A DNA stretch of 56,129 nt, from assembly GCA_003597955.1 (NCBI GenBank), contig QZJU01000008.1, positions 1 to 56,129 on the forward strand, written 5' to 3'. Both the position numbers and the translations under genes were made by a program. Positions 8,450 to 19,229 of this stretch are shown here, in pieces (position 1 is the stretch's first letter; each line of letters begins with the position of its first letter). The DNA comes from Candidatus Parcubacteria bacterium (lineage in GTDB: Bacteria; Patescibacteriota; Patescibacteriia; PEXW01). The notes under the pieces were generated by a model. That model ran no database searches, was not told the origin of the DNA, and saw only the letters and a program-made list of their open reading frames with translations.

Positions 8450-8554
8450 CCCCGCACCACTTTTCATTAACAACCTTAATATTTGACCATGGATTTTCAC
8501 CCGAAAAAATTCCCGACTCAAAAAGAAAACCCTTTGTTGAAAAGTGGTGCGGGG
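8450..8554 (+). repeat. Hairpin leader module copy 7 (arms 17/17, 71-nt loop)
   Basis: CCCCGCACCACTTTTCA at 8450-8466 and TGAAAAGTGGTGCGGGG at 8538-8554. Confidence 0.9.
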
Positions 8555-9322
8555 TTTACTCTTATTGAAGTCATCGTGGCTACTGCCGTTTTTTCTATGG
8601 CCATGGTTTTGGCCACCACAGTTTTCGTGGTTTTCCTGCAACAGCAAAGGCGCACAATCAATCAGCAGGAAATGCAGAATGACGCCCGGGCCGTGATGGA
8701 GGAAATCGCGCAAAAACTGCGAGAAGGCGTAGCTGACTATGCTTATTACGCCACGAATTTTAACCTAGCACCCCAAAAGCTTTTAAGCAGTTTGAACGGT
8801 TCGAATGATGAGTGTTTGGTGATTCGCGATGCGCTTAACGAGCAATATTTTTATCGCTTGGCAGGAGGCAAGATTCAGAAGTTTTCTACTTCGACGCCGG
8901 GCACTACTGCCTGCAGCACGATTGCCAACTGGTCGGATATTACACCCGCCTCTTTGACGGTTGAGGCATTTTCAATTTTTATTTCCCCTTCCCAAGATCC
9001 CTTTCAGGGCAAATCTTATAAGGCCTGCGGCAAGCCAGGTGACTTTTTGGATCCGCCGGATAACGACAAGTGTACAGATTGGGGAACTTTTTGCACCGTT
9101 GACGGAAACACCTGTGAATACCAAAAATTAACCAATAGCATTTTGACCTGCTATTGCACGCCCCAAAGGTTCGGCAATGTCGTTCCTTTGCATCCCAAAG
9201 TCACCATAAGCCTGAAAGTTTCCAGAGTTGCGGGTCAATTGACTTTAAGCGAAACTTACCAAACTACGATTACTAGCCGGATTTTCAAGAATTTCGATAA
9301 ATTAAACCGGTATGCGCCGTAA
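8483..9322 (+). CDS. Minor pilin-like protein (PilW-like) using the same leader module
   Basis: MTMDFHPKKFPTQKENPLLKSGAG|FTLIEVIVATAVFSMAMVLATTVFVVF. Cys-rich C-terminal half. Confidence 0.6.
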   Translation: MTMDFHPKKFPTQKENPLLKSGAGFTLIEVIVATAVFSMAMVLATTVFVVFLQQQRRTINQQEMQNDARAVMEEIAQKLREGVADYAYYATNFNLAPQKLLSSLNGSNDECLVIRDALNEQYFYRLAGGKIQKFSTSTPGTTACSTIANWSDITPASLTVEAFSIFISPSQDPFQGKSYKACGKPGDFLDPPDNDKCTDWGTFCTVDGNTCEYQKLTNSILTCYCTPQRFGNVVPLHPKVTISLKVSRVAGQLTLSETYQTTITSRIFKNFDKLNRYAP

Positions 9323-10583
9323 ATTCGCAAGAAACAAAAAATTTTTTAAAAGCCCAAACGGCGTGTCTTTGCTGGCGGCCTTATTGGTGATGTCGGTTGT
9401 CGTGGCTATCGGCATTACCGTCAGCACAATCGTGGTTTTTCAGGTTAAGGTCAATGCTGTGGTTTTTCAAGGCCATCAAAATTACTACATTGCGGAATCA
9501 GGCATTGAGCACGCTTTGAACGTCTTAAAAGAGAAAAAATCCGGGACGCTGGCCGCGGGTTTAACCGCGATCCAGACGGCAAATCCGTTCCCTGCCGGCA
9601 TTCCGGGCCAGGCGGATTTAACGCAAAGCATTGGTATAGCCGGCGGCGCGACCGTACCCACAGAATTAAAAGAAAATTCCAGCGTTTACATTGAGCTCTA
9701 TAATGTCGACGCCAGCATAACCCCAATTGCGCCGCAAACCCCAATCCTGTGCGTTTACGGTACAGGCAGTGGCGATGAAGTTTTGGAAGTGTCATGGGTT
9801 GCCTGGTCAGAAAGTTTGGAGATTTCCAATCCGCAAAAAACTCTGATTTCTCACACGAATTTCAGTCAAACAGCAAGTTGCGATGGGGGCGCCCATGATG
9901 GGCAGACTATAGACCTGACCAATTTTTTTCCGGCTTTTACACCAAGCGGTCAATTAGCCGGGTTCCGCATTAGGATTTCGGCCATTAAGCCCACTGCCAG
10001 TAGTCCCGGCGACGGTGCTGGCGATGTCAGTAATTTTGAGGTTTACACCAATCCTTCGAATTTAAGCACACAAATTCAAGTAAAGTCAGTCAGTAATACT
10101 GGCGGGCAAACCCAGGCTTTGATTGCGACTTTTCCGTGGTCAGAGCCGATTTCTTCATTTTTCGACTTCGTGATATTCAGTGGTGAAACTTTGAGAAAGG
10201 AAGTACCGGTTTCCATTGGTCAGAATGTTAAGAAATTCGGGCCATTTATCGTACAGGCCGGAACCAACGCCATTCCCGCAACCCCGTCAGACCCATTTGT
10301 CGGCTGTGATGCCAATCCTTGTGATTACTACATCAGACTTTTAAGCACTGGCACGCCCAGTCCATGGGGGACATTTCAAGTTACCACTTCGGGGCTAGGC
10401 ACGAACACAGTGATTGCAACCTCAAGTATCGCCAGCTGCATTTTACGCAATTCTTATACTTTTAGCGCGACCAGCGCTACCATAACTTTTCCAAGCCCTC
10501 TCCCGCCCTCGCTTTTCCAATACGAATTACTGTCAGAACCAACTTTTCGGGATACTAACGAAACTTATTGCCCGGGTAATTGA
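9312..10583 (+). CDS. PilX-like minor pilin / pilus-associated protein
   Basis: Basic N-terminus, then the hydrophobic helix GVSLLAALLVMSVVVAIGITVSTIVVF and YYIAESGIEHALNVL, resembling PilX N-terminal domains. Overlaps the previous ORF by 11 nt. Confidence 0.5.
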   Translation: MRRKFARNKKFFKSPNGVSLLAALLVMSVVVAIGITVSTIVVFQVKVNAVVFQGHQNYYIAESGIEHALNVLKEKKSGTLAAGLTAIQTANPFPAGIPGQADLTQSIGIAGGATVPTELKENSSVYIELYNVDASITPIAPQTPILCVYGTGSGDEVLEVSWVAWSESLEISNPQKTLISHTNFSQTASCDGGAHDGQTIDLTNFFPAFTPSGQLAGFRIRISAIKPTASSPGDGAGDVSNFEVYTNPSNLSTQIQVKSVSNTGGQTQALIATFPWSEPISSFFDFVIFSGETLRKEVPVSIGQNVKKFGPFIVQAGTNAIPATPSDPFVGCDANPCDYYIRLLSTGTPSPWGTFQVTTSGLGTNTVIATSSIASCILRNSYTFSATSATITFPSPLPPSLFQYELLSEPTFRDTNETYCPGN

Positions 10584-10613
10584 CCAGCAATTAACTAACT
10601 AATCGTCAGCACG

Positions 10614-11522
10614 CTAGCGGGCTGGCACAACCCGGGTTTTTATTTTTTGTTTTTCCACTTCGACTTTGACAAAGTGGTATTTGGCTTTGAAAATTCCGCC
10701 CAAAGCGCTTTGGGGCGGCTGGCCGCCACCGCCCGAAACCATCACCGGCACGCTTTTTAGGGTTTGGCCTTCGGCGTTTTTTTGAAGCGGCATTAAATAA
10801 TCTGCAGACGAATGGATGTGCCCGGTAAAAATTTGATCGGGCGGATATTTCCTCAAGATCTCGATAAATTTTTCATTGCTTTTTCGGGAAGCCATGGTTT
10901 CATCGTCGCCCACAATCTCGGCCAGGGGATAATTAAACGGCCGGTGGTAGGCGATCACCGTCAGTTGGTCGACGGCGGCGCGTTTCTGTAGATTGACCAA
11001 GTCATTTTCCAGCCAAGCCAATTCTTCTTCTGGAAAACCGACTTTTCGGTCTGCGTTATCCAATAAAACCAGGTGCAGATTTTCAATATCGAGCGATTGC
11101 CATTTTTGGCCAAAATTCTTCACCCAAATTCCGCGCGCCGGATCGGCTTTGATGTCGTGATTGCCGGGCACGAAATAAACCGGGATTTGCAAATTCATTT
11201 CCTGGTGAAGTTTTAAAAGTTCGTCGATTTCCGCCTGGGAACCCGTGGCCGTGGCGTCGCCCAAATTAATTAAAAATTTTATTTCCGAATCCGCAGCGAT
11301 TTGGGAAATTAGATCTCGGTAAATTTCATTATCACCCTCATTATCACCAATCACCGCGAAGCTGGTTTTCGAAGAAACCAAAGTTTTTAAAGGGTTAAGG
11401 TTGGTTAAAACCTCGAGATTCGAAGTGACCGGCTGCCACAAAAACCCCAGCGCGATTACGCCGGCGCAAGCGATCAACCCCAACAAAGAAATGCGGTATA
11501 CTGATTTCATAGTATTGTTCAA
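10614..11522 (-). CDS. Secreted/membrane-anchored metallophosphoesterase (calcineurin-like)
   Basis: Signal-anchor N-terminus. Motifs GDNEGDN, GDATATG, VPGNHD, GHIH in the canonical order. Confidence 0.8.
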   Translation of the reverse strand: MNNTMKSVYRISLLGLIACAGVIALGFLWQPVTSNLEVLTNLNPLKTLVSSKTSFAVIGDNEGDNEIYRDLISQIAADSEIKFLINLGDATATGSQAEIDELLKLHQEMNLQIPVYFVPGNHDIKADPARGIWVKNFGQKWQSLDIENLHLVLLDNADRKVGFPEEELAWLENDLVNLQKRAAVDQLTVIAYHRPFNYPLAEIVGDDETMASRKSNEKFIEILRKYPPDQIFTGHIHSSADYLMPLQKNAEGQTLKSVPVMVSGGGGQPPQSALGGIFKAKYHFVKVEVEKQKIKTRVVPAR

Positions 11523-11694
11523 GCATACAAGAAATTTAGAAACCTTTCCATTTTTGTTAATAAGTCGTTTTTCTCACAAAAAAATTAGGCAGGTCGATAA
11601 AGTAGGTGAGCAAGCTCACCACCTACGCGCTCATTTCTGCAATCGGAGGATACTTTGGACAGGTTGCCTGCAAACTGTTGTGTGAATAAAGATT

Positions 11695-11825
11695 GGCGAG
11701 CAACCTGCTCGCCAAGCCGGCATGGCAGGCGGAGCTCGCCACCTACCAACTAAACAACACAGAGCACAAACTCTATTTTTTAACATGGTATATTATTAAC
11801 AGCGTAGGTGCAGAGCTTGCTCTGC
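11695..11825 (+). repeat. REP-bearing composite repeat, left copy
   Basis: Contains palindromes GGCGAGC-aacct-GCTCGCC and GCAGAGC-tt-GCTCTGC. About 85 percent identical by eye to 12291-12419. Further REP-like hairpin GTAGGTGAGCAAGCTCACCACCTAC at 11602-11626. Confidence 0.75.
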
Positions 11826-11849
11826 TGGGACTATAACTAAGATAAATTA

Positions 11850-12290
11850 ATGCCATTTAAAAAGTCAATTCGATTAACAAGTTTTGATTATTCGTCTGAC
11901 GGAGCGTATTTTGTGACCATATGTACTTTTCAAAAATCCAAATTCATTATTCCGGCATACGAAATAATTTTGAAACGTGAGTTAAGGGAATTAGAAATAC
12001 GTTTTCGAGGCGTAAAAATAGATTTTTTTGTTTTTATGCCAACTCATTGCCATATCATATTTGTTTTTCGCAACGCTGAAGTCGATTTGCCAAAAGTTAT
12101 TCAGGCATTTAAATCAATAACAACCTTAAAATTAAAGAAAGCTGGATTCCACGGCAGTTATTTTTGGCAGAAGAATTATTATGAACATGTAGTTAGGGAC
12201 GAAGAAGCTTTGTATAGAATCAGGGAATATATTAAATTAAATCCTGAAAGCGAAAGACTGTTAAATTTTAGCCAGTCAAAACACGATTAG
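11850..12290 (+). CDS. REP-associated tyrosine transposase (RAYT, IS200/IS605 Y1 family)
   Basis: HUH motif in FMPTHCHIIF and catalytic Tyr region WQKNYYEHVVRDE. 146 aa. Flanked by REP-like palindromes. Confidence 0.8.
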   Translation: MPFKKSIRLTSFDYSSDGAYFVTICTFQKSKFIIPAYEIILKRELRELEIRFRGVKIDFFVFMPTHCHIIFVFRNAEVDLPKVIQAFKSITTLKLKKAGFHGSYFWQKNYYEHVVRDEEALYRIREYIKLNPESERLLNFSQSKHD

Positions 12291-12419
12291 GTCAGCAACC
12301 TGCCCGCCAAGCCGGCATGGCAGGCGGGGCTGGCCACCTACTCATTAAACAACACAGGGCACAGACTAGATTTTGAACACGGCATATATAAAATTCAGTA
12401 GGTGCAGAGCTTGCTCTGC
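12291..12419 (+). repeat. REP-bearing composite repeat, right copy
   Basis: Direct repeat of 11695-11825, ending in the same GTAGGTGCAGAGCTTGCTCTGC. Additional related fragments lie at 12445-12522. Confidence 0.75.
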
Positions 12420-12530
12420 CAGCCCTATTAAGTAATAGTTTTAGACAGGCGAGCGAGCTGGCCACCTACCCAAATTAAACAGCAAAGGTTAGTTGCTCTG
12501 CTAACTGTTGCGTGAAAAAAAGAAATATAA

Positions 12531-14552
<2,022 letters not shown>

Positions 14553-14564
14553 TATACTTAGCAT

Positions 14565-14846
14565 ATGCAACTGAATGAAAAAGACATTGCGCACCTGGCC
14601 AAGCTGGCGCGATTACATCTGGACGCCACAACTCAAAAAAGGTTTGCCGAACAGCTAACCCGGGTTATTGAATATGTGGAAATAATCAGTCAAGAAAAAA
14701 TCCCAGCCCAAGCTGAATATGAATCGGGCGCCGTGGACCCTCTAAATTTCCGACCTGACGAGAAAAAAGATTTTAAGGCAGAGGAACTAAAAAACCTGCC
14801 AGCTAAAAAATCCGGAGACTATATCGTTTCCCCGCCTTTAACCTAA
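14565..14846 (+). CDS. gatC: Asp/Glu-tRNA amidotransferase subunit C
   Basis: 93 aa, KDIAHLAKLARLHLD start typical of GatC. Immediately upstream of gatA. Confidence 0.85.
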   Translation: MQLNEKDIAHLAKLARLHLDATTQKRFAEQLTRVIEYVEIISQEKIPAQAEYESGAVDPLNFRPDEKKDFKAEELKNLPAKKSGDYIVSPPLT

Positions 14847-14850
14847 GACT

Positions 14851-16314
14851 ATGGATGTCAGGCTTTTGAACATTTCCGCCCTTCACCAAGCTTACGTCTC
14901 GGGGGATTTATCAGTTGAAGCGGTTGTCAGCGCGTATTTGGATGTGATTACAAGAAAGGATGAAAAGCTCGGTGCATTTTTAGAAGTTTTTGGCAGTGCC
15001 GCCATAAAACGCGCCGAAGAACTGGATCAGCGCCTGCGAAACGGAGAAAAACCCAACGGGCTTTTTGGCGTGCCAGTGGCGTTAAAAGATAATTTGTGTC
15101 TGGCTGGTACAAAAACCACGGCGGCTTCTAAAATTTTGGCAAATTATGTTGCCCCTTACACCGCCACGGCTGTTGAAAAACTTTTAGCCTCAGGCGCCGT
15201 GGTTCTGGGCAAGACCAATATGGATGAATTTGCCATGGGTTCGTCCACGGAAAATTCGTCTTTTCAAAAAACGAAAAATCCCTGGGACACCCAAAGAGTG
15301 CCTGGCGGTTCTTCGGGCGGTTCGGCCGCAGCAGTTGCCAGCCTAGAAACTTTGGTAGCTTTGGGTTCGGACACGGGCGGTTCGATTCGGCAGCCAGCCA
15401 GTTTCTGCGGCGTGGTCGGTTTTAAACCGACTTACGGCCGAGTCTCCCGTCATGGTTTAATCGCCCTGGCTTCGTCTTTGGACCAAATCGGGCCTTTTGC
15501 CAGAAATGTTGAAGATGCTTTTCGGGTCTACGCAACAATTGCGGGTCCGGATCCTTACGACCCGACGACGGTGACAGCCCCGATTTTCGACGCCGAGACA
15601 TTGCAGAAAGGTTTTAAGAATTTAAAAGTCGGGATTTTGAAAGATGCGCAGATTGAGGGTATGGACGAAAGCGTCGCTAAAAACATAAAGGAAGCGATCC
15701 GGCTGATGAAAAACAGCGGCGTCGAGGTTGTGGAGCTCAGCATACCACGAGCGCGCTTGAGCCTGGCCGTGTATTACCTGATTGTCACCAGCGAAGTTTC
15801 TTCCAACTTGGCTCGTTATGACGGCATTCGGTATGGCTTAACCGAAAAATTCAAAGCCTCGGAAAATTTCCTGGATTTTACCACCCGCGTGCGCGCCAAA
15901 GGCTTTGGCGCGGAAACCCAGCGTCGGATTTTACTCGGAACTTTTACGCTTTCCAAAGGATATGCCGACCGCTATTATCGCCAGGCTTTGCAGCTCAAGA
16001 GTGTTATTACGCAAGACTTTGCCAAAGCCTTTAAAAATGTGGATGTAATTTTTGGACCGACGGCGCCGACCGTAGCCTTTAAGCTCGGCGAAAAATTCGA
16101 AGATCCTTTGACTATGTACTTATCGGACATTTTCACGGATCCGGCTAACATCGCAAATTTGCCGGCGGTCTCTCTGCCCATCGGCTTTGCCCACCAATTG
16201 CCGGTTGGTGGGCAGTTTATGGGCCCGAGCTTTCGGGAAGATTTGGTGTTTCAGGCCGCGGCAGCTTTCGAAAAAATTAGTGGCATAACCGATTTGATCG
16301 CCCCCGCAGCCTGA
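14851..16314 (+). CDS. gatA: Asp/Glu-tRNA amidotransferase subunit A
   Basis: Amidase signature GGSSGGSAAAVA...GSDTGGSIRQPASFCG. Confidence 0.95.
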   Translation: MDVRLLNISALHQAYVSGDLSVEAVVSAYLDVITRKDEKLGAFLEVFGSAAIKRAEELDQRLRNGEKPNGLFGVPVALKDNLCLAGTKTTAASKILANYVAPYTATAVEKLLASGAVVLGKTNMDEFAMGSSTENSSFQKTKNPWDTQRVPGGSSGGSAAAVASLETLVALGSDTGGSIRQPASFCGVVGFKPTYGRVSRHGLIALASSLDQIGPFARNVEDAFRVYATIAGPDPYDPTTVTAPIFDAETLQKGFKNLKVGILKDAQIEGMDESVAKNIKEAIRLMKNSGVEVVELSIPRARLSLAVYYLIVTSEVSSNLARYDGIRYGLTEKFKASENFLDFTTRVRAKGFGAETQRRILLGTFTLSKGYADRYYRQALQLKSVITQDFAKAFKNVDVIFGPTAPTVAFKLGEKFEDPLTMYLSDIFTDPANIANLPAVSLPIGFAHQLPVGGQFMGPSFREDLVFQAAAAFEKISGITDLIAPAA

Positions 16315-16370
16315 TTTGCGCGAAATTCACAATTTTGATACTTTTTCATTATCCTTCTTAAGCAAAGTCT

Positions 16371-16748
16371 ATGCCTAAAACCAAAAAGGTTGTTGCGTTG
16401 ATCGAGGATGACGCCATGATCGCCGACATGTACAAGGCGAAATTTTCTAAAGCCGGTTTTGACATACAGAATGCCTTGGATGGCGCCACCGGCCTGGAAT
16501 TAATTAAAAGAGTCAAGCCGGATATCATCCTTTTGGATATCATTATGCCAAAACTTGATGGTTTTCAGGTTTTGCGGCAGTTGCGGGCTGAACCGGAATT
16601 CAAAAAGATCCCGGTCGTCATGCTGACGAATTTGGGCCAGGAAGAAGATGTGAAAAAGGGCCAAGAACTGGGCGCCACCGATTACTTCATCAAAACCAAC
16701 TTTACGCCCAGCGCAATTGTTGATAAAGTCAAATCCATTCTTAAATAA
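16371..16748 (+). CDS. Single-domain response regulator (CheY-like receiver)
   Basis: ALIEDD..., phospho-acceptor context ILLDIIMP, LTN and K near the C-terminus. No output domain. Confidence 0.85.
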   Translation: MPKTKKVVALIEDDAMIADMYKAKFSKAGFDIQNALDGATGLELIKRVKPDIILLDIIMPKLDGFQVLRQLRAEPEFKKIPVVMLTNLGQEEDVKKGQELGATDYFIKTNFTPSAIVDKVKSILK

Positions 16749-16765
16749 TTTTTTAAGCTTTGCAT

Positions 16766-17362
16766 ATGTCTACTTCTCATCCCCGCGAAGAGCGAACTCT
16801 AGTTTTAGTTAAGCCCGACGGCGTCAAACGCGGCCTTATTGGTGAAATTATCCACCGTTTGGAGCAAAGGAACCTTAAAATCATCGCCCTGAAAATGATC
16901 TGGGCGACCAAGCCGGAAATGGATAAGCATTACCCCAAAGACGAGGCGTGGATTACGCGCTTGGGCGAAAAAACCAAAAAAACCTACGATAAATATGGTT
17001 ATGATTTAAAAGGCGAACTCGGCTCCACCGATCTTTTTGAGATTGGAAAAATGGTCAGGAGCTGGCTAGTGGATTTTATGGTCAGCGGGCCAGTAGTAAA
17101 AATGGTGGTGCAGGGCGTACACGCGGTTGATATGGTCAGGAAAATTTCGGGTCAAACCATGCCTTCGCTGGCGGAAATGGGCACCATCCGCGGGGATTAT
17201 TCCGTGGATTCGGCCGCCGCTGCGAACAAGGAAAAACGAGCCGTGCATAACATTGTTCACGCTTCGGAAACGCCGGAAGAAGCCAAGCACGAAATTGACA
17301 ATTGGTTTACGCCGGAGGAAATTCACGCTTACAAACGCATGGAAGAAGACATTCAGTTCTAG
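16766..17362 (+). CDS. ndk: Nucleoside diphosphate kinase (long form)
   Basis: ERTLVLVKPDGVKRGLIGEII and active-site NIVHASE. I prefer ATG 16766 over the track TTG 16760. Confidence 0.9.
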   Translation: MSTSHPREERTLVLVKPDGVKRGLIGEIIHRLEQRNLKIIALKMIWATKPEMDKHYPKDEAWITRLGEKTKKTYDKYGYDLKGELGSTDLFEIGKMVRSWLVDFMVSGPVVKMVVQGVHAVDMVRKISGQTMPSLAEMGTIRGDYSVDSAAAANKEKRAVHNIVHASETPEEAKHEIDNWFTPEEIHAYKRMEEDIQF

Positions 17363-17383
17363 GCATTTAAAAAACAGAACCTA

Positions 17384-17414
17384 AAACGCCGGTAAGCAAA
17401 CCCGGCGTTTTTTT
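17384..17414 (+). terminator. Rho-independent terminator after ndk
   Basis: AAACGCCGG-9 nt-CCGGCGTTT followed by a T run. Confidence 0.7.
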
Positions 17415-17479
17415 GCTAAAAACCTGGCGATTTGGTATTTTCAGTTAGCTTTCAGCTTCAAAGTTGTATAGTGAAAAAT

Positions 17480-18175
17480 ATGAGGATACTAGTGATTGAA
17501 GACGATTACAAAATCGCCAATGCCATAAAAAAAGGCTTGGAGCAGGAATCTTACGCTGTGGATGCGTCTTATGACGGCAAGGAAAAACTAGGTTCGATTT
17601 TGTTGAACAAATACGACCTGGTCATTTTGGATCGAATGCTGCCCAGTACGGATGGTATAAGGATTTGCCGCATGTTAAGGCGGGAGAAGAACCATATCCC
17701 GATTTTGATTCTGACGGCCAAGGACAAATTACAGGATAAAATTGAAGGTTTAAACGCCGGCGCTGACGATTATTTGGTCAAGCCTTTTGCTTTTGAAGAG
17801 CTGCTGGCTCGGGTTCGCGCTTTGCTGCGGCGGCCGGAAAAAACCCTGGATGATATTTTGAAAGTTGGGGATTTGGAATTGAATCGCGTGAAGTTCACGG
17901 TAAAAAGGCGGGGTAAAAGCGTGGATTTATCCAGCAAAGAATTCGCGCTTTTGGAATATTTTATGCGAAACCCCGGCCGGATTTTGACCAAGGATAACAT
18001 TATCGCGCATGTCTGGGATTATGATGCTGATATTTTGCCCAACACCGTGGAAGTTTACATCGGCTATTTGCGGCAGAAGTTGGAAAAACCCTTTTCCGGC
18101 AGCCAGCCACTTTTTAAAACTCTGCGCGGTTTCGGTTATAAACTTGAAGACCCAGAAAGCCCAGAAAATTTATGA
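17480..18175 (+). CDS. OmpR-family response regulator
   Basis: MRILVIEDD, DLVILDRMLP, LTAKD, C-terminal winged helix (LSSKEFALLEYFMRNPGRIL...RGFGYKL). Start trimmed to ATG 17480 from track 17432. Confidence 0.9.
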   Translation: MRILVIEDDYKIANAIKKGLEQESYAVDASYDGKEKLGSILLNKYDLVILDRMLPSTDGIRICRMLRREKNHIPILILTAKDKLQDKIEGLNAGADDYLVKPFAFEELLARVRALLRRPEKTLDDILKVGDLELNRVKFTVKRRGKSVDLSSKEFALLEYFMRNPGRILTKDNIIAHVWDYDADILPNTVEVYIGYLRQKLEKPFSGSQPLFKTLRGFGYKLEDPESPENL

Positions 18176-19182
18176 CTTTTAAATCCACTTATTTAAAGTT
18201 GACCGGTTTTTATGTGCTTATCGTGATGCTTATCAGCGCGGTTTTCAGTCTGGTTATTTATAAAATTTCTTCCGTGGAAATCAACCGGGGCCTTATTCAG
18301 CAGGGCCAAATTTTCAGATCAACCCCTTTTAATGATTTTTTCCCGTCGACCCTGGATTTTGAAAACCTCCGACTAAAACAGTTGCGGGAGATCAATAAAC
18401 GCTTGCGGACGAATTTAATCTATTGCAATCTCTTAATTCTAGTTTTAGCTACCGGCGCCAGTTATTTCTGGGCGCGTCGAACCATCAAGCCCATCGAAGA
18501 AATGCTGGAAAGGCAAAATCGGTTTACGGCCGACGCCTCGCACGAATTAAGAACGCCTTTGACAGCCATGCGCACGGAAATCGAAGTCAGTTTGCGCGAC
18601 AAGGCCTTGGATCTCCCCAAAACCAAGCAGCTTTTGAGCAGCAATTTGGAGGAAATCGCCAAGCTCGAGACATTGTCCAGCGCGCTTTTAACTCTGGCTA
18701 ATTATGAAGAAAAACCGCAGATAATTTTTCAGAAAGTAGACTTGCCGAATGTCGTGGTCGAAGCCTACCAGAAGGTGGAAAGCCTGGCTTTAAAAAAGTC
18801 AATCGACTTTGAAAATCAGCCTCAGGCATTGCAAATTTTAGGCGACCAGAAGAGCCTAATTGAACTTTTCGTAATCTTGTTTGATAACGCCATCAAGTAC
18901 AGTCCGGAAAAGTCCCGGGTGATTATTAGTATGCACAAAATAAAAAACTTCGCGCAGATCTCAGTAAAGGATCAAGGCCGGGGTATCAAAGCTTCGGATT
19001 TGCCATATATTTTTAACCGATTCTACCGGGCCGACGCTTCGCGTTCCAAGACCCAGGTTGACGGTTTTGGTTTGGGACTTTCTATTGCGAAAAGAATCGT
19101 CGAGCTGCACAAAGGCGAAATTACTGTCGAAAGCTGGCCTGGCCACGGCAGCGAATTTAAAATAAAAATTCCTATAGCCTAA
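18172..19182 (+). CDS. Sensor histidine kinase
   Basis: Two TM helices, H-box ASHELRTPLTAM, N/G boxes DNAIKYS, DQGRGI, GFGLGLSI. Overlaps the regulator stop by 4 nt. Confidence 0.9.
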   Translation: MTFKSTYLKLTGFYVLIVMLISAVFSLVIYKISSVEINRGLIQQGQIFRSTPFNDFFPSTLDFENLRLKQLREINKRLRTNLIYCNLLILVLATGASYFWARRTIKPIEEMLERQNRFTADASHELRTPLTAMRTEIEVSLRDKALDLPKTKQLLSSNLEEIAKLETLSSALLTLANYEEKPQIIFQKVDLPNVVVEAYQKVESLALKKSIDFENQPQALQILGDQKSLIELFVILFDNAIKYSPEKSRVIISMHKIKNFAQISVKDQGRGIKASDLPYIFNRFYRADASRSKTQVDGFGLGLSIAKRIVELHKGEITVESWPGHGSEFKIKIPIA

Positions 19183-19229
19183 AAGCCTTTTTAAGCGAAT
19201 TTTCAGCTTTTTTGAGTAAGCTTTAAGGC

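Noticed and set aside
3459-8554. CRISPR array interpretation of the regularly recurring CCCCGCACCACTTTTCA repeats
   Set aside because: The repeats occur as inverted pairs, not direct repeats. Spacing between pairs is about 1 kb of coding sequence, one arm is itself coding, and no cas genes are present.
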